Sequence record: OR757454.1
Source of the DNA: Escherichia phage BYEP02
DNA length: 64,000 bases
Strand: one strand, 5' to 3'
This document shows, in pieces, positions 25,397 through 34,587 of the stretch. A model generated the notes under the pieces. It saw only the letters and a program-made list of their open reading frames with translations. It had not been told where the DNA came from and made no database searches. Position numbers and translations under genes: made by a program. Each line of letters begins with the position of its first letter. Position 1 is the stretch's first letter.

Positions 25397-25740
25397 GTAA
25401 TACGACAACAGGTTTGCTATTAATTGTAATTGCATTAGGCGGAACTTCTTTAATTTTAAAAAATAAAATTGAAAGATTAGAAACGTCTGTTGTAGAAATT
25501 ACAAAAACGGCCAATGAAAACGCCTTAGCATTAAATAATTTGCGAATTCAGTATAATTATATTGATGCGATGAATAATAAAAATCGTGAGGCAATTGCTG
25601 CTATTGAGCGTGAAAATGAAAAACTGCGCAAAGACGCAAAGAAGGCGGATGTGGTGGCTCATAAGCCAGGATTGGTTGAAAAACAAATCAACAACTCCTT
25701 CAACAAGTTCGCAGAAGACATCCAGGACCTTTCTAAATGA
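25387..25740 (+). CDS. i-spanin (Rz equivalent, pseT.3-like)
   Basis: 117 aa, N-terminal TM helix GLLLIVIALGGTSLIL then charged coiled-coil-like region; T4 spanins map to pseT.3/pseT.2. Confidence 0.55.
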   Translation: MQLSNTTTGLLLIVIALGGTSLILKNKIERLETSVVEITKTANENALALNNLRIQYNYIDAMNNKNREAIAAIERENEKLRKDAKKADVVAHKPGLVEKQINNSFNKFAEDIQDLSK

Positions 25741-26113
25741 TTAGACTATCAGCAGTAATATTATCTATTGGTCTTCTAGTTGGTTGTTCGACAAAGCCTC
25801 TAGAAGTAAAGAAAGAAACAGTTCATCCTAATTGGCCTGTTCTATTGGTCTTCTAGTTGGTTGTTCGACAAAGCCTCTAGAAGTAAAGAAAGAAACAGTT
25901 CATCCTAATTGGCCTGTACAAATAAAGTCATATGATGAAGCTAAACTATCTTGGCAAGTTAAAGTTATTGATGGTAAAGCTTGGGTCGGTATGCCATTTG
26001 AAGATTCCCAGGAATTTCGTATTTGGCTTAATGATGTAAAACGATATGTACATGACCAAAAAACTATGATATGTTATTATCGTCAAGAGCTAAAAGAGGA
26101 TAAATGCAAATGA
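25737..26113 (+). CDS. o-spanin lipoprotein (Rz1 equivalent, pseT.2-like), frame broken by 77-bp duplication (25764-25917)
   Basis: MIRLSAVILSIGLLVGC|STKP... signal peptide with lipobox LVGC; ATG overlaps stop of i-spanin. Confidence 0.5.
25764..25917. repeat. 77-bp direct tandem duplication inside o-spanin ORF
   Basis: copies 25764-25840 and 25841-25917; identical. Confidence 0.9.
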
Positions 26114-26334
26114 TTTCATGGCATCAATTTGAACATCTCAAAGGATTGATTTATGAATCCGAGATGGCTGCAATGATTTATGGACGCCAGATTCAACGGT
26201 TAGAATCTTTACCTCCAACTAATGATGTTTTATTAGCTCAATCTCGGGCTAATCTTAAAAATGAATACCAAAATAAGTGGGGTAAAGCATCTAAAGACCT
26301 GCATGATTATATTCAATCATTGGTTGAGAAATAA
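26104..26334 (+). CDS. hypothetical early protein (76 aa)
   Basis: ORF track. Confidence 0.4.
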   Translation: MQMISWHQFEHLKGLIYESEMAAMIYGRQIQRLESLPPTNDVLLAQSRANLKNEYQNKWGKASKDLHDYIQSLVEK

Positions 26335-26337
26335 TAA

Positions 26338-27562
<1,225 letters not shown>

Positions 27563-27563
<1 letters not shown>

Positions 27564-27760
27564 TGGCGTGGCATCATGAAACTTGGTCTATTGTTATTGT
27601 AAATAGTGGTTTAGTTGGTACTAGTAATGGGCAATTTTGTGTATTCACTAGTGAAATCAGAGCTTGGGAGGAATGCCTTAAATTAAGAGAAAAGAATCCT
27701 GATATTGAACTAACAGTAAAGAAAACTAAACTGCCTTTACCATGGAAAACTTATGAATAA
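27563..27760 (+). CDS. hypothetical small protein (65 aa)
   Basis: ORF track. Confidence 0.35.
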
Positions 27761-27953
27761 TATAGAAAAGATTTATCGTCTTTGTGATAAAATTGAAAAA
27801 GAAAAGAAATATCTATTTTGTTTATGGCCTATTGTTGACGGAAGAGTAGGCCTAGATGTTCTTGATTATGAAACAGAAGACAAAGTAGATGGTTCAACTT
27901 TTGATAACGCTTTGGATGTTATTGATTGGCTCGAAGAAAATTATGTGAGGTAA
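27753..27953 (+). CDS. hypothetical small protein (66 aa)
   Basis: ORF track. Confidence 0.35.
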   Translation: MNNIEKIYRLCDKIEKEKKYLFCLWPIVDGRVGLDVLDYETEDKVDGSTFDNALDVIDWLEENYVR

Positions 27954-28231
27954 ATATGTTTCCGACTTACTCTAAAATCGTAGAAGTAGTGTTTAGCCAA
28001 ATTATCGCTAATAATATGTTTGAAAAGCTTGATAACGCAGCCGAGCTTCGAATTCATGCTCAAGTGACTCATGTATTGAACGCTTTGCTTCCAGACCAGG
28101 TGGATTCTATTGCAATTACGCTGTATCCAGGTTCTGCTCATATTATTGTCGTATTCGGTCTTGATGCTGAGCTAGTCATCAAAGGCGATATTCGCTTTGA
28201 ATCACAGACATCAGAATTCAAAGCAATTTAA
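27926..28231 (+). CDS. hypothetical protein (101 aa)
   Basis: ORF track. Confidence 0.35.
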   Translation: MARRKLCEVNMFPTYSKIVEVVFSQIIANNMFEKLDNAAELRIHAQVTHVLNALLPDQVDSIAITLYPGSAHIIVVFGLDAELVIKGDIRFESQTSEFKAI

Positions 28232-28233
28232 TA

Positions 28234-28263
28234 GTTTACTTTACGGTAGAGTTGTGATATTAT
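28234..28263 (+). promoter_or_regulatory. early-type promoter (GTTTAC, 18 bp, TATTAT)
   Basis: GTTTACTTTACGGTAGAGTTGTGATATTAT upstream of ORF 28293. Confidence 0.35.
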
Positions 28264-28292
28264 AGCTCTACCAAACAAATGAGGAAATTGAA

Positions 28293-28606
28293 ATGCTAAG
28301 TGAAAAACCAATTACTGTTAAAGAATTCCAAGAAAAAGTTAAACTATTTGCTCAGGAATTGGTAAATAAGGTTTCTGAACGATTTCCAGAAACATCGGTT
28401 CGTGTCAAGAAAAAGTTAAACTATTTGCTCAGGAATTGGTAAATAAGGTTTCTGAACGATTTCCTGAAACATCGGTTCGTGTTATTACCGAAACTCCTCG
28501 TTCAGTATTAGTAATTGTGAATCCAGGCGATGGCGATCAAATAACACATCTCAAATTGGATTTTGATGGATTAGTTGAAGCACAAAGGGTGTATGGCGTA
28601 CTATGA
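28293..28606 (+). CDS. hypothetical small protein, frame broken by 77-bp duplication (28329-28482)
   Basis: ATG 28293 MLSEKPITVKEFQEKVKLFAQELVNKVSERFPETSVRV...; 78 codons after removing one repeat copy. Confidence 0.4.
28329..28482. repeat. 77-bp direct tandem duplication inside small ORF
   Basis: copies 28329-28405 and 28406-28482; 1 mismatch. Confidence 0.9.
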
Positions 28607-28941
28607 TGAATTTAACTGATATAATTGATAATTGTCTTGAAAATGATACTGGCGATCATAGAGCGCTTGACTCTGACACAGCACAGTTCATTAGAATAAC
28701 TTTAATGAATGATACTCTAGTGAATAGTATTCATCCTTCTGTATATGATGCTATTATTGTGACGAAGTATCCAGTTGAGCTTCACAAAAAGATGGTTGGT
28801 GCAATTTTTATTGATAAGAAAAACCGCTTTAAAGATGGGCAGAATATAATTAGTTCTGTTATTAAAAGTATAACTAAACTTCGTCACGAAATTTATCGTG
28901 TTGAAACTGCTAAATCTGCTTATCTGGTGATTATGAAATGA
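28603..28941 (+). CDS. hypothetical protein (112 aa)
   Basis: ORF track. Confidence 0.4.
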   Translation: MMNLTDIIDNCLENDTGDHRALDSDTAQFIRITLMNDTLVNSIHPSVYDAIIVTKYPVELHKKMVGAIFIDKKNRFKDGQNIISSVIKSITKLRHEIYRVETAKSAYLVIMK

Positions 28942-29519
28942 AAGCGAGTACAGTACTTCAAATTGCATATTTAGTATCACAAGAATCCAAATGTTGCTCC
29001 TGGAAGGTAGGAGCAGTAATTGAAAAGAATGGACGTATTATTTCTACCGGATATAATGGTTCACCTGCAGGTGGTGTGAACTGCTGTGATTATGCTGCTG
29101 AGCAAGGTTGGTTGCTGAATAAGCCTAAACATACTATCATTCAAGGTCATAAGCCTGAATGTGTATCGTTTGGTTCAACTGATCGTTTTGTTTTGGCGAA
29201 AGAACACCGTAGTGCTCACTCTGAATGGTCGTCTAAAAATGAAATTCATGCTGAACTAAATGCGATTTTGTTTGCTGCGCGAAATGGTTCTTCAATTGAA
29301 GGTGCTACTATGTATGTAACACTTTCTCCTTGCCCAGATTGTGCAAAAGCGATAGCTCAATCTGGAATTAAAAAGTTGGTTTATTGCGAAACATACGATA
29401 AAAATAAACCTGGCTGGGATGATATTCTGCGAAATGCGGGTATTGAAGTGTTTAATGTTCCTAAGAAAAACTTGAATAAGTTAAACTGGGAAAATATCAA
29501 CGAATTCTGTGGTGAATAA
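28938..29519 (+). CDS. cd: dCMP deaminase
   Basis: 193 aa with HAE and PCPDC zinc-binding motifs. Confidence 0.9.
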   Translation: MKASTVLQIAYLVSQESKCCSWKVGAVIEKNGRIISTGYNGSPAGGVNCCDYAAEQGWLLNKPKHTIIQGHKPECVSFGSTDRFVLAKEHRSAHSEWSSKNEIHAELNAILFAARNGSSIEGATMYVTLSPCPDCAKAIAQSGIKKLVYCETYDKNKPGWDDILRNAGIEVFNVPKKNLNKLNWENINEFCGE

Positions 29520-29755
29520 TGAAATTTCGTTTGGTACAGCTCACAGCAATTAGTTCTTATTCCAACGAGAATATTTCATTTGCTGTAGAGTATAAGAAGT
29601 ATTTTTTCTCTAAATGGAAGCAGTATTATAAGTCAAACTGGGTTTGTATTGATAGACCGCATAGTTGGAAATCTGATTTAGAAAAATGCCAAAAATTGCT
29701 TTCCACTCTTAAAGAACGTGGAACAACCCATATTAAAACTGTGATAGGTAAATAA
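29519..29755 (+). CDS. hypothetical protein (78 aa)
   Basis: ORF track. Confidence 0.4.
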   Translation: MKFRLVQLTAISSYSNENISFAVEYKKYFFSKWKQYYKSNWVCIDRPHSWKSDLEKCQKLLSTLKERGTTHIKTVIGK

Positions 29756-30064
29756 ATGAAACTGACGACTGAACAAAAAGTAGCAATTCGTGAAATTTTG
29801 AAAACTAAATTGTCCATGGGTATTTCAAACGTGGTTTTTGAAAAGTCTGATGGTACTATTCGTACCATGAAAGGCACTCGTGATGCAGACTTTATGCCAA
29901 CCATGCAAACTGGTAAATTGACTGAATCTACTCGGAAAGAATCTACTGATATGATTCCAGTATTTGATGTTGAGCTTGGTGCATGGCGAGGTTTTTCTAT
30001 TGACAAATTGATTTCCGTTAATGGTATGAAAGTTGAGCATTTGCTTCAATTTATTGGTAAATAA
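29756..30064 (+). CDS. hypothetical protein (102 aa)
   Basis: ORF track. Confidence 0.4.
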   Translation: MKLTTEQKVAIREILKTKLSMGISNVVFEKSDGTIRTMKGTRDADFMPTMQTGKLTESTRKESTDMIPVFDVELGAWRGFSIDKLISVNGMKVEHLLQFIGK

Positions 30065-30120
30065 ATGCTTTAAGAATTATTTGTTATTATTAATTTATCT
30101 GTTAACAAAAAGGAAAAACG

Positions 30121-30456
30121 ATGTCTGAAGTACAACAGCTACCAATTCGTGCTGTCGGTGAATATGTTATTTTAGTTTCTGAACCTGCACAAGCCGGTGA
30201 TGAAGAAGTTACAGAATCAGGACTTATTATCGGTAAACGCGTTCAAGGTGAAGTTCCTGAACTGTGTGTAATTCACTCTGTCGGTCCTGATGTTCCTGAA
30301 GGTTTTTGTGAAGTTGGTGATTTGACTTCTCTTCCAGTTGGTCAAATTCGAAATGTTCCGCATCCTTTTGTAGCTCTGGGTCTTAAGCAGCCAAAAGAAA
30401 TTAAACAAAAATTTGTTACCTGTCACTATAAAGCTATTCCGTGTCTTTATAAGTGA
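30121..30456 (+). CDS. 31: gp31 co-chaperonin (GroES analogue)
   Basis: 111 aa [30 protein letters not shown]... Confidence 0.9.
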   Translation: MSEVQQLPIRAVGEYVILVSEPAQAGDEEVTESGLIIGKRVQGEVPELCVIHSVGPDVPEGFCEVGDLTSLPVGQIRNVPHPFVALGLKQPKEIKQKFVTCHYKAIPCLYK

Positions 30457-30603
30457 TATAAATAATAATATGAATTGGGTGTCGGAATAATAAGTTAACC
30501 GAACAATTCTATGTGGTAGTCTACAACTGAGAGATCTGTCGAAAGAAGATGAAATTCAGAAGAACGTGACTACCGAGTTTTAATCTCTAACGAGAATTTT
30601 TAA

Positions 30604-30852
30604 ATGATTAAACAATTACAACACGCTCTTGAACTGCAACGAAACGCATGGAATAATGGTCACGAAAACTATGGCGCATCTATTGATGTTGAAGCCGAAG
30701 CTCTTGAAATCCTGCGTTATTTCAAACATCTGAATCCTGCTCAAACTGCATTAGCTGCTGAGCTTCAGGAAAAAGATGAACTTAAATATGCTAAGCCTTT
30801 GGCTTCTGCTGCACGAAAAGCAGTTCGTCACTTTGTGGTAACACTGAAGTAA
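30604..30852 (+). CDS. rIII: RIII lysis inhibition accessory protein
   Basis: 82 aa MIKQLQHALELQRNAWNNGHENYGAS... Confidence 0.85.
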   Translation: MIKQLQHALELQRNAWNNGHENYGASIDVEAEALEILRYFKHLNPAQTALAAELQEKDELKYAKPLASAARKAVRHFVVTLK

Positions 30853-31098
30853 TTTACTGGAGATTCACTGCCTTAGTGTGAGCTAAAATCGAGGAGCCGT
30901 CGAACTGTCTGATTAATGATTTGCGAATCATTATAGTTTTAAGACCCCGGCAGTTTTACGGTGTACCTCTTGAATGTGAATGATGACGGGTTTATGGTTA
31001 TCCTGGTCGTTAAATATCCAAAAACCTATGTTCCCCTTGAGGGCCTTGCGCAGGCAATGCCAATAAGTCCTGCATTTTCATTTAAAAGAGAATTTATA

Positions 31099-31275
31099 AT
31101 GGCAAAACAAGCTAAAGCAAAGAAAGCAGTTGAAAAGAAAGTTGGTGATTCTAAACGCGCTGGTTACAAGCGTGGGTCGAACTCTCGTATCAATCAAACT
31201 GTTGAGAAGATCATGCGCCGAGCACGTGCGGTTCTTCGAGATGATGCTTCTCGTTTTGGTAAGCAGAAAGCATAA
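31099..31275 (+). CDS. hypothetical small basic protein (58 aa)
   Basis: ATG 31099 MAKQAKAKKAVEKK... with AAGAGA SD; followed by terminator hairpin. Confidence 0.45.
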   Translation: MAKQAKAKKAVEKKVGDSKRAGYKRGSNSRINQTVEKIMRRARAVLRDDASRFGKQKA

Positions 31276-31280
31276 GTTGA

Positions 31281-31305
31281 GGACTCCTTCGGGAGTCCTT
31301 TTTTA
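31281..31305 (+). terminator. rho-independent terminator
   Basis: GGACTCCTTCGGGAGTCC followed by TTTTTTATTTT. Confidence 0.55.
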
Positions 31306-31327
31306 TTTTCCAAAGATTGCATAAAGT

Positions 31328-31358
31328 TGTTTACAGTATGGTTCCTTTGTGATAGTAT
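31328..31358 (+). promoter_or_regulatory. early-type promoter-like element (GTTTAC ... TAGTAT)
   Basis: GTTTACAGTATGGTTCCTTTGTGATAGTAT upstream of ORF 31386. Confidence 0.3.
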
Positions 31359-31385
31359 TATCTTACACAAACAAAGGAGAATAAA

Positions 31386-31718
31386 ATGAAAACGATTAAT
31401 CTGAACGCTACAGTTAAAACTAAATGCTTCAATGGTAAATATGATGAAACTATGTGGTTCTTAATGGCAGTTGAAGGTGATATTATTGAAGTAGAAACAA
31501 CAGAAGGTATGGGAACAGATTTCACCTTTACAATTCAAGTTCATAATTTCTTTACTGGTTGGATTTATGAATTGAATACAGTAATCGTTGGAAAAATTGA
31601 ACAAAATGAATTAGGCGAATGGTATTATGTTACAGCTCGCCAACGTGCCGAACGCTTAATTAAGAAGATGAAAAAAGTTGGTAAACTTGACATGCAGCAT
31701 TGGAAAGTAGTAAAATAA
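31386..31718 (+). CDS. hypothetical protein (110 aa)
   Basis: ORF track. Confidence 0.4.
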   Translation: MKTINLNATVKTKCFNGKYDETMWFLMAVEGDIIEVETTEGMGTDFTFTIQVHNFFTGWIYELNTVIVGKIEQNELGEWYYVTARQRAERLIKKMKKVGKLDMQHWKVVK

Positions 31719-31720
31719 TT

Positions 31721-31749
31721 GTTTACTTTGGTACAGGATATGATATTAT
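31721..31749 (+). promoter_or_regulatory. early-type promoter (GTTTAC, 17 bp, TATTAT)
   Basis: GTTTACTTTGGTACAGGATATGATATTAT upstream of ORF 31786. Confidence 0.35.
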
Positions 31750-31785
31750 ATACCTGTACCGCAATTAAACATCTTGGAGAATAAA

Positions 31786-32228
31786 ATGAACTACATTAAC
31801 TTTGAACGTAAATATGTTTCTAATGGTATTGCAGGTTCTATTGATACTATTTGCCTTTGGAAACATCAAAAATTAACTTTGAACGTAAATATGTTTCTAA
31901 TGGTATTGCAGGTTCTATTGATACCATCTGCCTTTGGAAACATCAAAATGGATCAGTATGCGAAATTGAACAGTATATGACTCCTAACTACGTTTATATG
32001 CGATTTGAAAATGGCATCACGGTTTCAATCACAATGGAAGGTTCCAACTTCAAAATTGCTTTGGATGATGATTTTCGTCAACGCGATTTAGGGACTCATC
32101 CTTGCTGGAATGGCGTTAATCGCAAGCTTCTGGTTAAAACTTGGATTCGTCATATTCTGAGTAACAGAGCTAAACCTGAGCATCTTGAAGCAATCTTTGA
32201 TGTAGTTCTTAACGAATTTGATATTTAA
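31786..32228 (+). CDS. hypothetical protein, frame broken by 77-bp duplication (31795-31948)
   Basis: ATG 31786 MNYINFERKYVSNGIAGSIDTICLWKHQ...; pieces 31774.. and 31851..32228. Confidence 0.4.
31795..31948. repeat. 77-bp direct tandem duplication inside small ORF
   Basis: copies 31795-31871 and 31872-31948; 2 mismatches. Confidence 0.9.
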
Positions 32229-32269
32229 AATAAAAATGAGGGGCTTCGGCCCCTATTGAGGAAAATATT

Positions 32270-32557
32270 ATGTTTATGACTACTTATTTTGATACCCGCA
32301 AAAATTTCTGTGAAGTTGTTTTCTCTAAGGCGCCTAAAGACCTTCCTGCACATTTGCAACCTACTAGCGAATCGATTAAAAACTACGTTGATGTGGTTTG
32401 TCCTTTAGAGTTTCGTACTGTAAATGGGCGCGATACTTTAGCTATCACTAAACTCAATCGTGAAATTGACATTGACCCTTCAATTGCGCGCGAAATTAAT
32501 ATCTCTGATATTGGTGGCGGTAATGTTAAATCGCACGGTTTTCAGATGAGGTTCTAA
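32270..32557 (+). CDS. hypothetical protein (95 aa)
   Basis: ORF track. Confidence 0.4.
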   Translation: MFMTTYFDTRKNFCEVVFSKAPKDLPAHLQPTSESIKNYVDVVCPLEFRTVNGRDTLAITKLNREIDIDPSIAREINISDIGGGNVKSHGFQMRF

Positions 32558-32754
32558 TGAAATTCTTTTTAGGTCAAACTGTTGAATTAAAGGGAGTTGG
32601 TATACCTGGATTAATTTCTAAGGTTCTACCTCCATTTAAATGGAGTGGTATTCAAATAAAAGAGGCTTATATTGTTTCCTGGGTAGATGGAAATGAAGAC
32701 CTTCGTATGGGTGATGAATTATCTCCTATCTACGGATTAAAGGAATTAGTATGA
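32557..32754 (+). CDS. hypothetical protein (65 aa)
   Basis: ORF track. Confidence 0.35.
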   Translation: MKFFLGQTVELKGVGIPGLISKVLPPFKWSGIQIKEAYIVSWVDGNEDLRMGDELSPIYGLKELV

Positions 32755-32957
32755 ATATAATTAATAAGATTTTTGGAATTCAGTACATTAAGGTCACATA
32801 TAAAGTAACAGATAAAAATCCATATACTGATGAACATGAAGAACCACGAGTTGAGTCTATTATATTAGAAAAGGACCCTAACTGGCCAGTTGAATTTCGT
32901 CTTCCTTGCTATGGTCATTGGGCTGATGTTGAAATTATAAGCATTGAAAATGTCTGA
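32751..32957 (+). CDS. hypothetical protein (68 aa)
   Basis: ORF track. Confidence 0.35.
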   Translation: MNIINKIFGIQYIKVTYKVTDKNPYTDEHEEPRVESIILEKDPNWPVEFRLPCYGHWADVEIISIENV

Positions 32958-33485
32958 GTTAGAGATTAGAAGCAATTTTAGGTGGCCATCATGTGCATTA
33001 AGTAATTTCGCCCAATGGCCTTTCGTTATGGATGGTATTCAATTTGGAGGTCTTGAAGGATTCCTCCAAGGATGCAAGGTGAAAAACGTTGAACAACAAC
33101 GTCGTATATTTGGGTTATCTGGGCTTGCCGCTCAACAAGCTGGAAGGTCTTATGCTAGAGCTCAGGACCGTGGGACCCTCTTCTGGCTTGGAGTTCCGTT
33201 TTCAAGATACTCCCCGGCGTGGAAAGAATTATACACAAATGCATATTTTGAAGCAGCGTTCCAAAACAAGGGTTTTCGCGATGCATTACAAGCCTCGAAA
33301 GGAAAAGTTTTGAAGCACAGCATGGCTAGTGGTCTAACAAAAGATGATACTTTCGTGATGCATTACAAGCCTCGAAAGGAAAAGTTTTGAAGCACAGCAT
33401 GGCTAGTGGTCTAACAAAAGATGATACAATACTAACCGAAGCTGAATTTATTGATGTGTTAAACCTATTAAGAGACTCTCTATGA
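32944..33485 (+). CDS. NADAR/YbiA-like (DUF1768-like) protein, frame broken by 77-bp duplication (33274-33427)
   Basis: motif WPSCALSNFAQWPFVMDGIQFGGLEGFLQGCKV resembles NADAR core (SNF...F..DG..F...E.F.Q..K) as recalled; 154 aa after removing one repeat copy. Confidence 0.45.
33274..33427. repeat. 77-bp direct tandem duplication inside NADAR-like ORF
   Basis: copies 33274-33350 and 33351-33427; 1 mismatch. Confidence 0.9.
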
Positions 33486-34321
33486 AGCCTACTATTTTAA
33501 CTGATATTGATGGAGTGTGTTTAAGCTGGCAATCAGGCCTTCCTTATTTTGCTCAGAAATATAATCTTCCGTTGGAACATATTTTAAAAATGATCCAAGA
33601 TGAAAAATTTATTTCTCCTGGTAAACTTTTTAATTGTGATGAAGAACTTGGTGTCAAGTTAATTGAAAAATACAATCGTTCAGATTTTATTCGTTACTTG
33701 TCTCCATATAAAGATGCTCTGTGTGTAATTAACAAATTAAAAGAAGATTATAATTTTGTAGCTGTTACAGCGCTGGGTGATTCTATTGACGCTCTGCTGA
33801 ATCGTCAATTTAATTTGAATGCTCTTTTTCCTGGTGCCTTCTCAGAAGTACTGATGTGTGGTCATGATTCTTCAAAAGAAGAGTTGTTCAAAAAGGCAAA
33901 AGAGAAATATAACGTAATTTGTTATATTGACGATCTCGCTCACCACTGCGATCACGCGAGTGAAATATTAAGTGTTCCTGTTTATTGGATGGCTCGAGGG
34001 GAACGTGACAGTATTCCAAAAACTGCTCAGCGAGTTTATACATGGAACGATGTAGAGAATAAGCTTTTTTCACCAAAGGAAAATAAAGAAAGTTTTGATA
34101 GTGAAAAAGCTATAAAAGATGTAATTGAAAAGATGATTAAAAACGATTCTTTTCGTTGGAACACTACCTGGAGAACTCCTGGATTTAATCCTTATAATCA
34201 TCTATATCATCCATATCAGACACATCCGTTTCAGACATGGAACTATATTAAACCCGGCGGTATAGAGTATTTGTATAATAGACTTACTAGTGGTGATAAT
34301 ATTTTCCAAGGAGCATTCTAA
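33482..34321 (+). CDS. HAD-superfamily hydrolase-like protein (279 aa)
   Basis: N-terminal DIDGV (HAD motif I-like) and later YIDD; function not assigned. Confidence 0.4.
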   Translation: MKPTILTDIDGVCLSWQSGLPYFAQKYNLPLEHILKMIQDEKFISPGKLFNCDEELGVKLIEKYNRSDFIRYLSPYKDALCVINKLKEDYNFVAVTALGDSIDALLNRQFNLNALFPGAFSEVLMCGHDSSKEELFKKAKEKYNVICYIDDLAHHCDHASEILSVPVYWMARGERDSIPKTAQRVYTWNDVENKLFSPKENKESFDSEKAIKDVIEKMIKNDSFRWNTTWRTPGFNPYNHLYHPYQTHPFQTWNYIKPGGIEYLYNRLTSGDNIFQGAF

Positions 34322-34587
34322 TGTTTGTCGTTCACACTATTTATGAAAATGAAGGTAATACTACACGTGATTACGGTCACGTAAATCAATTTTTTAGATG
34401 CAATCCAGAATTCCGAGCTCAAAAAGACGAACGAATTTTTAAAAAATGTGTAGAGCAAGGTTTCATTTACGTCAAGCACTGGATGCAAGGAAATAAAGTT
34501 AGAACTACATATCATAAGTCTTTGCCTGAGCTTAATGATGAATTGATTTATAATAGAGCTGTAAACCAAACTCTGAAGGATGAATAA
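34321..34587 (+). CDS. hypothetical protein (88 aa)
   Basis: ORF track. Confidence 0.4.
   Translation: MFVVHTIYENEGNTTRDYGHVNQFFRCNPEFRAQKDERIFKKCVEQGFIYVKHWMQGNKVRTTYHKSLPELNDELIYNRAVNQTLKDE

Noticed and set aside
30853-31098. tRNA gene in the GC-rich stretch after rIII
   Set aside because: No T-loop (GTTC-type) or D-loop consensus and no plausible cloverleaf could be drawn by eye.
30961-31275. 104-aa ORF from the ORF track as the real gene
   Set aside because: It begins at a GTG without a ribosome-binding site; the internal ATG 31099 with an AAGAGA SD is the more credible start.
33089-33313. Separate 74-aa ORF overlapping the NADAR-like gene
   Set aside because: It is created by the 77-bp duplication at 33274-33427 and shares its C-terminus with the duplicated segment.
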